Origin: Carcharhinus amblyrhynchos
Lineage: Eukaryota
Reading direction: 5' to 3'
DNA: 64,000 nucleotides
Assembly (NCBI GenBank): GCA_965287045.1
Contig: OZ336879.1
Span: forward strand, 19,034,001-19,098,000
Numbering within the stretch: position 1 is the stretch's first letter; each line of letters starts with the position of its first letter. The notes beneath the pieces are model-generated. The model did not search any database, had not been told where the DNA came from, and was given only the letters and a program-made list of their open reading frames with translations. Below are positions 1 to 12,466 of this stretch, in pieces. The position numbers and the translations under genes were made by a program.

Positions 1-127
1 CAAATTACCGAGGAGTGTCCCCTCAATAGATGAGGCAGCAGACTCATCACCCAACGCTCAACAAATGAGAAGGCTATTGTTTGGCTTCGGGAATTTGCAT
101 TGGCCAAATAAATGAATACATTTAAGG

Positions 128-460
128 TGGCACGTGGTAGCATAGTGGTTAGCACTGCTACTTCACAGCTCCAGTGACCTGGGTTCGATTCCCGGCTTGG
201 ATCCCTGTCCATGTGGAGCTTGCATGTTCTTCCCACGTCTGCACTGGTTTCCTCCAGGTGCTCCAGTTTCTTCCCACAGTCCAAAGATGCGCAGGTTAGT
301 TCATTGGCCATGCTAAATTGCCCCATATGAGGGATCATAGGTTAGATGAATTAGTGGGGTAAATATGTGGGTTTATGGGGATAAGGCCGAAATGGGATTG
401 TTGTTGGTGCAGACTCAATGGACTGAATGGCTTGCTTCTGCACTGAAGAGATTCTATGAT
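128..460 (+). mobile_element. HE1-type V-SINE (tRNA-derived, CR1-type tail)
   Basis: A box (tagcatagtggttagc), B box (gggttcgattcc), central V-domain (gtggagcttgcatgttcttcccacgtctgc...tttcctcc) and CR1-like tail ending gattctatgat. Confidence 0.9.
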
Positions 461-1291
461 TTCCCTTCTGACTGTCCTATCATTTATTCCTCTTCCCAAC
501 CCTGTTTTTATCCCATTTCCCTTTTGTCAGCTTTTCCTTTTTCACTACTTTCAGTTACGCCACTAAAATTTCCCAGCTTCCCTTGGTTGCCAAACATGTT
601 ATGGTAATTCCACAATCAGACATTCCCAGCATAGAACAGTGCTCATGTACCAGACAGAGCATGATGTCTTATTTGTTAAAATTATTGACCAGCCAGAGAT
701 GTGCCCTGCACAGCAACCTACTGAGCTGGCACTTCCTAATTATCAGTGGGAGAACACTTCTAGAATAAGCTCCTCTGGGCATTGTAGGTGCTTTGAGAAA
801 TTAACCGTCTGTTATTAAGGCTCAGGTCCACAGATATCAGTTCATGTTGAGGAGCAGATCCAAAGGCAGGAGGTGCCATATTCTGAAAGGAAAGGTCTCA
901 GATGGCTCCTTCTGTTTTGGACTTAAGCATGGAGCTCGATTCTAAGACTGACTGTCAAAATACTCTGAAATCCATTGAACACTATTTTAATCTAAACAGC
1001 TTATAGAGTAGGCACACAGCTGTTAGCCAAGATTTTGACTTATTTCATTCTCTCAGGAGACAGAGAGAGAGACAGAACCAAACACATTATTAGCATTAGT
1101 GGCACATTATCATCTGCATCATACACAACCATATCCTAGCTGTTAACTCTTTATATTACATTTCCCCAGTATGTTATTCTACTTTATAACAAAAACATTA
1201 TTATTACTATTTATATTACATTTCTGTAATGCTCTTTTTACACCTATGTTCAAATCCACATCCTACTCTTCCCCTTCTTTGAATCACAGAC

Positions 1292-1448
1292 CTGGGGGTT
1301 CAATCTCCTTCAGTATTCTTGGCCCTGAAGGAAGATATTTTGGAGATCTGAGAACTTCCTTCAACTCTGGCAGGACATTATCATCTATGGAATAGAACAA
1401 CACTTCATCATGATTGGACGAAGCAGCATCAGTTTCAGGATTATGGAA
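1292..1448 (-). CDS. Candidate 157-nt exon (FHNPETDAASSNHDEVLFYSIDDNVLPELKEVLRSPKYLPSGPRILKEIEPP)
   Basis: Acceptor ttgttgtcctacAG before 1448, open frame, donor CAG/GTctgt after 1292. Confidence 0.25.
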
Positions 1449-4224
1449 CTGTAGGACAACAAGACTTTGTACTGAAAAACTAATCTAAGAAGATTGAAGA
1501 GAATGGACATCTGGGGCTAAAAGATAAGAACTCAGGACAGTCTGAGGTACTTATTGCTCTTTTTAGCAAGAAGCTTCAGAAGATGAATGATCGCCAATTC
1601 CACTGTGTTAGGAAAGACTATCACAGCTGTGTCAAAGACTGAAGAGTCATTAAAGATTCAAAATTATAGCGAATTTAGAAGGCTAGGAAGAAAGCAATAA
1701 ATCTCCTGTATGTCAGTCAGGAAAAGGAGAAGAGATGATTTCCCAGTGATCTTTCGGGAAGAACTTTTTACTTGCTGTATGATGAGGCAAGATTTTCTGT
1801 GTGAAGTTGCTCCACAATGGGAAAATGGGAAGAATTGCTGAGAATTTGGAGTCAAGACAGCCTCATCTTTCCTACACAATTAACAATGGGATAAGATTGC
1901 TTTTCAGGTTCTGCAGCTTCAGAAGTGCTAAAGATTCTGCCGCAGCTTCTGTGCTGATCTCCAGAACTGAGGAAGGAAGACTTTCAATTGGACTGAAATA
2001 TTAGTGTCAAGTTTCACTCTTAGAAGGTACCAGTTCATTCGCAGTGTGATCCTTCATGGACTCTGACCCTGAGTCAGGTAAGGCATTCTCTGTAGAAGAC
2101 TCTTCATGACTAACAGAAGATAAATTAGTGAATACATTGCCAGATTCAGGGGAAGTAAGATCAGCCATTAAAAACATAGCTGATTCTTATAAAAAAAGAC
2201 AAAAGAAATATCCTAATTTGGGAACAATGGGAAAGACGAATCATTCTCCGAGCGTTCACTCAGTATTGTGAGGGCTTCTTCCTCATCACTCTTTATGAAG
2301 AACAACTTTAGGTCCAGCACGTCATCATGAGGATGATCACAAATGCTGCTGTGCCTTCTGCGTCCGTTACTTCTGGTCTTAGTTCATGACAGCTTCCATG
2401 TCTGTCCTTGGTCTATTGGATGGTGAGAGAAAGGAACGTACTGTTGGGAGTACAAAAACTTCCTCAGCTTCTGAAAACTGAATTTCCACTGCTTCCAAAT
2501 AAAAGGCTGAAGGTTGTTGCAAGAAGGAGAGCCATTCAAATGATAAATATTGTCTGTTTTTTCCAGGATTTCTACAAGTATGCTGACAATATTAGTTAAG
2601 TGTTTATTTTGGGTGACAAAAAGATAATCAATGATTATCCCCTTGTAACAAAGAGGAGAAATAATCTTGACTTTAATTGGATGGCCTATGCCACTTAGAC
2701 TTTGTAATTTTCTAACTGATGGATAAAGGGTTATCGGCTGAAGCCAGTCGAGATCATCTGCTAATATGTTAAATCAGCTTCATTGTTGATGTCATAAGTG
2801 TTGAAATTTTAAACTGCAATTGACCAGGGGTTTATTAAGACTGTTTACATTCCCAAGGAACGGTTGTGTCACCGTTTTCTGGACTTCCAATTTCTTTGAA
2901 GGAATGTATTTCAGAAATACTTTCCAATCTGAGACATATGCAGAAATTCTAGAAATGTTCAGTTGTTGCCACACTGGAAGCAACTGTACTCCAGTTGTGC
3001 TGCTTTGAAATGTGTGTTGTGTTTTCACTTCACATTATAAGTATCTCAAAATTGCTGCCCGCATGGCCTTTCAGATCCTTTCACTTGGTTTAGTGAGATT
3101 TTGTGTGGACAGGGCTACTGCCTGTGAGCCTACCCAAACTGAGAGAATTATATGAACCTCAAATGTTGCCAGGAATTAGAGCCCAGTAAAATGTTCAAAG
3201 ATCAGCCAGTCTCACATTTTGGACTGTCAATCCAATATAAAATTATCTCTAGTGTGCGCAACTATGCCACCGTAGATTAGCTTGTCCTTCAGTATCCTGT
3301 ATCCACAAGAACTAGCTAGATGTGATCAGTCAGTTAGGAATAATTCAATTGATTTTCCAGGTTGTTGCATGTGCTAGTTGAAACATTCTCATTCAATTAC
3401 TAAATTTTGGGCTGAAATAGGTGTCAAAGACTTTAACAGAGTACAAAGCACCAGTGGATTCCTGCACACTCTAGTTTAGGAGAACATCATCCATTAATGG
3501 TGCATAGAGAATGAAACTAACTTAAGCTTTGGCTCTTTTTCATAAAGATCTGATGCTGCTCAGTACTGAAGATAATGGCACCCCCAAAACTCCCCTTGCT
3601 GACCTCTCTGGAGGTAATCAATTAAGCAGGGCAAGTATAGGCTCTGCTCATTAAGTTACTTCTCTTTACTGTTCCTCCTTCTGCTGCTGAAATTCGTTGA
3701 GCTGTATTCAAAGGCTTTGTCACTTTCTGATCCTTTCGGTAACACTGATTTTTTTTTTACATCAATGCTGCCTCTGCTGCTACCACGTTCTAAGATTGAA
3801 TCTTTCTGTTCTGGAATACAAGCACAGGATTTGATTCTTAGGCTGATGTGGAAATTCTTTCATATCTGCTTAACACTTGATTATTCACACTAATAAAGTG
3901 GATTATAATCTTAGCTGCTCTTTGGCAATGTTCTGGGTCAAGCGTACTCTACAGATGATCATTCTCATTTAAGGTTGAGAAAGATAGATTTCATCGGCAC
4001 TTAAATGGGCCTGAAACACTGATCTACCTTTCATTGAAGAAAAGGAAGGCAGCAGATAATATTACTGTCATCCAGGTAATTTTTTTTAATAAGTTGTAGC
4101 TAGGTTTTACCATCCTAGATATTATAATGTTCCAGAATCTCTTCTCAGCAATGTACTTTCCCACTGCAATACAGAGATGGATCCTGAGTTTGAATATAGA
4201 ACATTATAAGAGGCAATATACTTT
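1292..4224 (-). pseudogene. Putative decayed large S/E-rich coding exon(s), unidentified
   Basis: About 3 kb with no recognisable repeat. Minus-strand reading gives protein-like tracts broken by stops, e.g. MADLTSPESGNVFTNLSSVSHEESSTENALPDSGSESMKDHTANELVPSKSET* and DHPHDDVLDLKLFFIKSDEEEALTILSERSENDSSFPLFPN*. No homolog recognised. Confidence 0.25.
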
Positions 4225-4914
4225 CTACATTACACAACATTTATTAAAGAACAAAACAATCAATTCACTTTTGATGGTAATCACAACATTGATAGCTCTA
4301 GGAAAATTAAGTGTAATTTTGCTTCTAGTAGAGGATCCAAGTCTTATTAATGTTGCAGAGCAATACTTAAGATTTCCATCAATACTTAAAGTAGCATTTA
4401 TCTTGTCTCCCAGAGTAGAAAGTCGACGAGTCTAGCAAGGTGTCCCTATCCCAATTAAAGGGAGAATTATCCTCACTACATACAGCTGCTATGCCTTTGC
4501 ATTGGCAGATTTTTTAATGCCATAAAAAATTGAATAAATAGGAAGCATGCCAGGTACTCATGCTGGACAACATCCTTTGATTTTGGCAACCCCCTTCATT
4601 TTAGTTCTCATCCTTCAAGCAGACAGGACACTGAGAAATGCAGATAGTAACCCATTTCCATTCAGTTGGCACGTTATTTAGGGTTATCCTTAAGGCTATC
4701 CATTGTTAGATTGTGGGAGCTCACAATGTGCCAGTGCCTTGCTGGGGTGATGTAGAGGCCTGTTCCTTTATTTTTCAGAACTGACTTCTGTTAGATAATA
4801 TACCATTTTCAATGCCAGAGGATGTTGGTGTCCTTGAGCACCCAATCATGCCAAGGAATAGTAATCAACTTTTAAACCTTTGTGCAGTAGCTGAACACTG
4901 CTTTTAATTTTTAA

Positions 4915-5119
4915 CACAGTAGGAAGTCTCACAACATCAGGTTAACGTCCAACAAGTTTATTTGATAGTAAACCCACAAGCTTTCAGAAATGGTGTTCAA
5001 GGAGCAAGGTTTCTGAAAGCTTGTGGGTTTATTATCAAATAAACTTGTTGGACTTTAACCTGGTGTTGTGAGACTTCTTACTGTGTTTACCCCAGTCCAA
5101 CGCCAGCATCTCCACATCA
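4915..5119. mobile_element. Fold-back Penelope-like mini-element, family A
   Basis: Inverted arms (cacagtaggaagtctcacaacatcagg...aagctttcagaaa / tttctgaaagctt...cctggtgttgtgagacttcttactgtg); 12-bp TSD tttaatttttaa at 4903-4914 and 5120-5131. Confidence 0.8.
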
Positions 5120-6655
5120 TTTAATTTTTAATCCCTACTTCATGGGAAAATCATTAGTTTAGCCTTCCAACTCCATATTTATATCTGGATTCCCATAACT
5201 CCATGTTTATAGCTTCATTCCTTCAGATTACTTTTATCCCAGGGTACATAGTGGGCAGGTAATGTTTAGACATGATTCCAATCGTTCATTCCAGGTGCTA
5301 ACACTTGAGTAACTATTGCCAGTGAAGCATCATCACCTGTGTCAAACATTAGCAAATTCCATCTGTTAATCCTTCATATGATGAAAAAGCTCAGACACAA
5401 ACTTGTGGCTCATTGCGGAAGCTTTACATCAACCTCAGTGTGGGAGACAGTATGAAGGCCAGGAGGTAACAGGCTTTGACTTGGTGGTCTATGTCCACCA
5501 GGAATTTTAGACAGACATTTGATGCCAGGTGATGACAAGTCGGCTAGTAATAGATGTTATGAAGTGAGGAGTGGGGGTGAAAGGATGGGAGGGAGTGGGG
5601 GTGAAAAGGTGGGGGGAAGGAAGTGGGTGAGGGGAGGGGGGGTGTGGGTGCACAGTGGGGGGGGTGAAAAGGGGCCAGCTGGTCAAAGGGTGCCAGAGAT
5701 GGACTTGGTGACAGTACAAACTAAAAGTAGGACATAAGGCGCCAAATTGGATCATGGCAGAGGAAGCCCAGAAACTTTAATAAAACTGAAATAAAAAGTC
5801 ATTGAAACTTAAACAAATTTAAAATGAAACTTTTAAATTGAAATGGGAAGAAAGCTTGAAGGCAATTGAAAGCAGATAGGCACCAGGAGAGGAATGGAAG
5901 TTAGTAAAGCATAATAAATTTAAAATAAAACTCATAAATTTTAAATAAATAACTTACCTGCAGGGAACATGGTAGCCCAGAGAAGTTTAAAAGTTAAAAA
6001 TACATGTAAAGTTTAAATAAAATTTACCTTCAGTAGTGATTCTTAGAGACAAAGCTCGGAGGCTGCCACAGTGAGACTAAGCATGGAGAAGATTGGATGC
6101 CATGGAAACAGATCCTACAATTCATTATGCAGAAAAGAATAACAGAGAATGTGCCAGGCTGTGTCTGATAACCCTCATGGTCTTCCTCTAGCACTGATCC
6201 TGTCAGATGCCAGCTTTCCCTGGCAACTTTCATATCAAACATTATCCTGTGATACCCAATTAAAATAAACTGGTGTCTGATGAAGTCTTTCAGACCCTGA
6301 CATTGTCACATGAGCCCATCTGTGCCAGGCAGCCACAACCTGGGTGTTAAAATAGAGGAGGGGCGGGTGCGGGGGCAGCGTCACGGATGCAGGTTAAAAT
6401 TAGTCAAAAGTGATGAAGGTATTCAAACAATGAGAGTAATAAGTTAAACATACTTCAGGCAATTTTCAACCTTTTCCTGAATAAAATTTTGCTTATTATC
6501 GCCAACAGCGAGTCCCACTGAGCTCAAGTCCACAATAGGTTAAATGTCGATATTTGCAGAATTCCATTAACCGTCACATACATCTTAAAGGTACAGTTTC
6601 AGAATCCTCATTTATCACATAGCTTGCAGGGCATGAGCACACATGGAAAAATTGT

Positions 6656-7133
6656 GGGTGGAATTCAACCATGGGGGATTAAATCCTGTGGCAGGCATAG
6701 GTACAAGGAATGTTTCCCACTACAGAGCCAATGAAAAATCCCACAGTATCTCCATCCCTCTATGAAGCTGCGATCCTGAGAATAAGCATTCCCTGAATGC
6801 TGCAGCGTACAAAATATCCATGTGGTTTAATCAGTGTTGTGCACAATGTCCAACTGTCCATTTGGTGGAGGCCTCCACCTTCACATTGGATCCCTGCAAG
6901 CAGCCCAAAATCATCTTAAAATAAGTCCCGATTTTTGCACGTCACTTTGGTCCAGACATGTTCTAGACGGGAGTTATTTCCCATTGGCATCATGTACGAT
7001 CAGGCATGGGTCGTAATAGATAATCCTACTGTCATTTCACATCGGCATGAAACTGATTTTTGGACCTCCTGTCAAAATCTCCCTTCCGGACCACCATTAA
7101 ACCTACAGACGGGGGATTGGGAGAATTCCATCC
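6656..7133. mobile_element. Non-autonomous TIR element (PIF/Harbinger-like MITE)
   Basis: Ends gggtggaattcaacc ... gggagaattccatcc are inverted repeats; no coding capacity. Confidence 0.65.
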
Positions 7134-7869
7134 TGAGGCTTATACTTCTCAAATGCATTTCTGTGACATGAAACATGCATTGTAAGGGCTTGGAAATTCT
7201 ATCATCAGATGTGTTCCTTAACAAGTTACCTCTGATAAACAACATCGGTTTGCAGTTATAGACATTGATCCAGAAATGATCATCAAAAAGAATATCATAT
7301 GTGTTAGCATGCTATTGATAATTTGCAAGTATTACTTGAGAAGTGTTCATGCTTATAAAACATTTATAAGCATAAACTGCTTAAAATTGTGTGCATTTAA
7401 AGAGTGATTTTTGCTCCTGTTTTTTGCTCAAACCTATTTGCTTACTTACCACTAAAAATAAAATCTTTCATGAATTAACATAATCAGGCAATGTCTTAGC
7501 TTTGTTTTTCTTTTAAATTTAAATTGAAAAGGATTCCAAGAGTGACAGTCTGGTGTAGATTTACTAACACAACCAAAAATGAGTTTAATAAGAAAAGAAA
7601 ACACTTTTAATTAAGAGTGTCTTCTTCAGCATCTATTATTAACCCAATTTAAATAACTCAAAATGATTCGAAGAAGTTGTCTGCTGTCTGTTCATATTAG
7701 TGCGCAGAAATCAGTTTCTTGGTATGTTGAAACAAACTTTTAAAATGTGCCTGCTAATGTGTCTCTGCACCCAAAAGAAGCTCAATTTTACACCTCTCCT
7801 CCTGAAAAGGCTTTCAAATGAGTACAATTAGTGAAAATTGGTCATGATGATTCATTCAGTGGGAGTTGA

Positions 7870-8600
7870 CTATGTTGTGGCAATGATACTCGGCTAGTAA
7901 TTCAGCTAGCCCTACGCTTAGAAACAAGTCTAAATCCCGCCTTGGTAGAAATTTAAATTCAATTAATTTAATCTGGAGCTGAAAACTAATTTTGATAATG
8001 GTGACAATGAAACTATCACTGATGGAGCGACAGAGGTTGAGGGGAGACCTAATAGAAGTCTACAAGATTATGAGAGGCATGGACAGAGTGGATGATCAGA
8101 AGCTGATGGAAGGGTCAATTACTGGGGGACATAGGTTTAAGGTGCAAGGGGTAAGGTTTAAATGAGATGTGCGAGGCAGATTTTTACACAGAGTAGGGAG
8201 TGCCTGGAACTTGTTGCCTGGGGAGGTAGTGGAAGCGGATATAGTGGTGACTTTTAAGAGGCGTCTTAATAAGTACATGAATAGGATGGGAATAGAGGGA
8301 TATGGTCCCCGGGATTGTAGGAGATTTTAGTTAAGTTGGGCAGCATGGTTGGTGCAGGCTTGGAGGACCGAAGGGGCTGTTCCTGTGCTGTAATTTTCTT
8401 TGTTCTTTATCCTTTCACTAATTCAAAGACGGGAATATGCCTTTTTAGCCAAATGTAACTCCAGATCTGCAGTAATAGGGTTGACTTTTAACTGCTGTCT
8501 GAAATGACTTGGTAAGCCGTAAGGTTCAAAGGCAATTGGGGATGGGTAATACATTCCAGCCTTGCTAATGATGCCTGCACCCCATAAATCAATATTTTAG
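7870..8600 (+). mobile_element. tRNA-derived SINE family B, split by a CR1 3' fragment (8020-8410)
   Basis: Head and tail match the 55480-55820 copy. The insert encodes the CR1 RT C-terminus (RLRGDLIEVYKIMRGMDRVD) and ends in ttctttgttcttt. Confidence 0.75.
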
Positions 8601-8799
8601 AAAACTGGGAAATATGGCCTGCTTTGTGAGCAGCTCCTTCTTCTAGTTGGATGGCGATAGGCTAACTGGCGGATTGAATTTGTGCCTGAAATTCCCCAAA
8701 TCAGCTGACATGGCTGACTTCAAGGTGAATTGAACTGTAAGAAAAAATGCACAAGCCATCGGAAACTGCAGCCCAATGATCTCAGTGTGAATTCCGGCC

Positions 8800-9097
8800 A
8801 GCAGAATTTTCTACTTTCTTTCCAGAGTGTCAACTTGGGTGGGCAAAGTGTGTGTAGCACTGCCAGCTATTCCCACTGAATCCTTGGACACTCTGAAGAA
8901 AAATCCTGGTGGCAGATCCCACAAAATCATGCTGGTGGCTCTGAATAACCTTTTATGGCAGGATCTCATGGGGAGGTGATGTGCAACCTGAGCAGGAAAC
9001 AATGCTGGCCCAAAAGACATTTAGTGGCCCCCGTTGGATTCTCCGACCCCACCCACTTTCTCGTCTATCGAAAATGGGTGTGGAGAATCCCAGCCCG
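8800..9097. mobile_element. MITE-like element
   Basis: Imperfect TIRs cagcagaattttc / gagaatcccagccc, same terminal style as other MITEs here. Confidence 0.5.
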
Positions 9098-9515
9098 AGT
9101 CTATTTGAAGCTTTAATGAATGTTTCATATCAATGTGAAACTACTGTCAAAGTAAATGATTTATTCCAATAAGCTAGGAATGTTTTTAATTGTATGCTGA
9201 ATCAACCTATTGCACTCTTATCTGGAATAGCTTTAGGCAGTTAGAAATATTAAAATTTCGAAATAAGTTTGCCTTGGCTTCAAAAAATTCTTGGCAAGAA
9301 TACCAGATAGTGGCATCAGTGACGATTCCAGGATATTGGGCTGCTGAAGAGGCCATTCTTGAAGAAAAGAAACTTCTGATGTTTATGATTCATTCGTGCG
9401 AATTCTGGAGGCACAGGCATTGTATAAATCAATAAGTTATTCATTCAATTGTGGAAACACTTCGAGGATTACAGAGAGTGAATTTAATTAATCTCAAGGG
9501 ATTTGGGGAAATTAA

Positions 9516-9651
9516 TGGCCAAAATTCTCTCACCTTGCCCACCATGGGAATCGTTGCAGGCGAGACAGGAAGTTCAGTGGACCAGTTAAAGGTCCATTGA
9601 GCTCGGGCAGGAATTCTGGCCTTTTGGTTTGCGAGGCCGGAAAATCCCAGC
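9516..9651. mobile_element. Short MITE
   Basis: TIRs ggccaaaattctc / gaaaatcccagcc. Confidence 0.55.
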
Positions 9652-10247
9652 CGGTGATTCTTTTTCACCCACGAAGTATTTGGTCCTTCAAGTGCTTGGG
9701 GGTGGGGGGGGGGGTGCGGTGGAGATTCTCCCAAGTGCATCCTCCTCCATCCTTTACCTATTATGGTCGTTCTATCATTTAATAAATTCCTACATCAAAA
9801 GCTGTTCAGGAATTGGGTCAAAGATCACAAGTTATAGGTGAAGAAGGTTAAATCCTCCACGGGAACCAATCTGTGTTAATAAAACCAAGAAAACTCTGCA
9901 ACATGGAAGGTTGGGGAAAAAAGTAACCATATATCCAATCACCCTAGTATCAACTGAAGTGTTATCATAGGAGAAGAAAGTCCTATGGGCACAATCTCAT
10001 TGGAATTGGAAATCTCTACCGTTTGTCTATTTACATTTGATTCATTCATTTCTCTTGTCTTTCAACATTCATATCAAAGTTCAGAAATTGTTTTCAGTAA
10101 AGCTTTCAGTCACCTGCTGTTCAGGGCTCGCTCCCAGGTTGAAGATCTGCAACAACTGGGTGATTATAATCTTGAGTCTGCTATAGCTGGCATGGACAAT
10201 AAATTGTGAAATCAAAATAGTGATATATTTTATGCTGCATTTGTCAG

Positions 10248-10361
10248 ACCGGTGAGCAACATTTGGAAGGTGATGCTGTGAGACAAAATATGATTTTCAG
10301 CGAAATACGAAAGCAACTGAGTGAATTGCATGCGCAGCCTAATAGGTCTTCTGCCATTTGA
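10248..10361 (+). CDS. Weak candidate terminal exon (TGEQHLEGDAVRQNMIFSEIRKQLSELHAQPNRSSAI*)
   Basis: Acceptor gctgcatttgtcAG, 37 codons to TGA, several retained CpGs; no upstream partner exon identified. Confidence 0.2.
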   Translation, partial: TGEQHLEGDAVRQNMIFSEIRKQLSELHAQPNRSSAI

Positions 10362-10445
10362 TGTTTTATTTAAACTGTTTTTGTTCTTCCTCTCTATGTT
10401 AAGCGGAGGTAGAAAAATATGAATGTGCAGATACATGGATTTGGG

Positions 10446-10703
10446 CCTGTGTCTGTGGGAGTTTGCGCATTCTCCCTGTGGTTGCGTGGGTTTCCTCCGG
10501 GCGCTCCGGTTTCCTCCCACACCCCAAAGATGTGCTCTTAGGCTGATTGGTTTACCAAATTGGCACTATTCTCCCCTGAATCTGGCTAAGTTAGGGGTTC
10601 CACTCGTAGAAACGCAGGGTAGAATAGGTGTAGGAGGATGCGGCGGCGCGGGCTCGTTGGGCCGAAGGGCCTGTTTCCCGTGCTGGGTTGTTCTTTGTTC
10701 TTT
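10446..10703 (+). mobile_element. 5'-truncated, CpG-rich V-SINE variant
   Basis: V-domain core without tRNA head, divergent spacer, CR1-type tail gggccgaagggcctgtttcc...gttctttgttctttg. Confidence 0.8.
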
Positions 10704-11044
10704 GATTAAAGGTTCGCCCATTTGAATCGATGGGTGAATTAATTTGGTTGAGATGGCACCATGATGGGCTGCACTGAAGAACAATAAATTGCTGGAGAAA
10801 ATAGACCTGAATGTGTGAGAGCAAAATAAAATTTAACAAGGTACTGCCTGATGCGATTCTACCTGACAACATGATTCTATGCAATACTCTACAGCATGTG
10901 ATGTAGCTTCTTCCTCCAGCAGTTTAATAAAATGCCATTCAACCACTTGAGACTTTACTGAAAAACTGAAGTTGTAGAGGTAAAGTAGGAATGCAAGGAT
11001 CCCAATGCAAGGATCTATTTTGATGCTACTGACATTTTAACATT

Positions 11045-12466
11045 GGGCCCGATTTTACCAAAAATTTGCACCTGAAATCACAGTAAATTCAGGTGTGGGC
11101 CCTGCAACGCGATCTGCACCCGAAACTGGGCAGATCGCTCCTTTACCGACACCTGATTTGGGCATGAATTAAATTGACTTAATGAGCCACGCGCCCAATT
11201 GTACCGCCAAACCCCACTTCACCATCTTCGGACCCGTTCTGGACCTGTGCTGCGATCCACCTACAGAATCTAAATCCGAAGCAAATTCCTATTCTCCTCG
11301 AACACCCTTCGCAGACCCCTCGCTAACCAACCCGGCAGAGCTGCACCCCTCCCCTACCCAACCGCAGTCAGACCCCCCTGGGAGGCAGGCCCCTCCCCCG
11401 GCAGACCTCCAACCACACCCCCCCCGGCAGACCTCCAACCCCCCCCCGCCCAGGCGATCGGACGCCCCTGGGAGGCAGGCCACTCTCGGCAGAGCACACC
11501 CCCAACCTACCTGGATTGCTGCTGTCCCTCCACCATCCTTCTGACCTGCACTCAATGTGGAGATGCCAGCGCTGGACTGGGGTCAACACAGTAAGAAGTC
11601 TCACAACTTGGTGTTGTGAGACTTCTTACTGCACTCGTTGAAGAGCCTGCAGCACCTCCCGGGCCTTCCGCTGGCGTCTGCCGGAGTTTGGGGGGGGGGG
11701 GGGGGTTGGTGGTGAGCAGGCTCAGATGGGTCTCTGCTTGGGGGTGGGGGGGGGGTGGAGATTCTCCCAAGTGCATCCTCCTCCATCCTTTACCACCCCC
11801 CAGAGTTCCATCTGAGCCCGCCCCCCCACCCCCTTCCGGCAGACGCCAGCAGAAGGCCAGGAAGGTGCTACAGGATATCCAACAACTGCAGTAAGGAGTC
11901 TCACAACACCACCCCAACAGGACTTTAACCTGGTGTCATGAGGCTTCTTACTTTGTTCGCCCCAGCCCACCATCAGCGTCTCCACATCAATGAGTGCAGG
12001 TCAGAAGGGTGGTGGAGGGACAGCAGAAATCAAGGTAGGTTGGAGGTGTGCTCTGCCAAGGACGGGGCCTGCCGCCCGGGAGGTGGTGGGGGCGGGAAGG
12101 AACGGGAGAGTGGTCTGCTGGGGAGCTGTCTCCCAGGGGTGTCTGATTGTGGGGTGGGGTGGGGGTTCTAATCAGGGGCGGGGGGGGCGGTTGCTGCCTC
12201 CCAGGGGTGTCTGATTGTGGCTCATCCCCTCGCAGCTCTCTCTGGTTTTGTCTTTCGTGCCTGGATGAGCTGTTTCAGGTTTTCTTTCAAACTATGCATG
12301 CACAGTTCAGATCTCCAATCGTTCCGGTAGCACTAAGCCCCACCCCACAGCGCAGACCAGACCAGAGCTGGCAGAAAGTGGACGGGCGCGCTGGAACGAG
12401 GATTCCAGGCTCGGATCCGTTTTACATCCGGATCCGACACAGCCTCCGATTGGTAAAACCTGGTCC
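11045..12466. mobile_element. Large PIF/Harbinger-type non-autonomous element with internal inverted arms
   Basis: TIRs gggcccgattttacca / tggtaaaacctggtcc; 3-bp ATT on both sides (11042-11044, 12467-12469); C-rich arm about 11360-11700 is mirrored by G-rich arm about 11820-12215. Confidence 0.75.

Noticed and set aside
128-200. tRNA-like A and B boxes here and at other SINE heads
   Set aside because: They continue into V-SINE bodies and do not form complete cloverleafs; not tRNA genes
4915-5119. Recurring palindromic repeat considered as CRISPR-like array or pre-miRNA gene
   Set aside because: Copies are dispersed with individual TSDs, not regularly spaced with spacers; eukaryotic context and no cas genes; no evidence of miRNA processing from sequence alone
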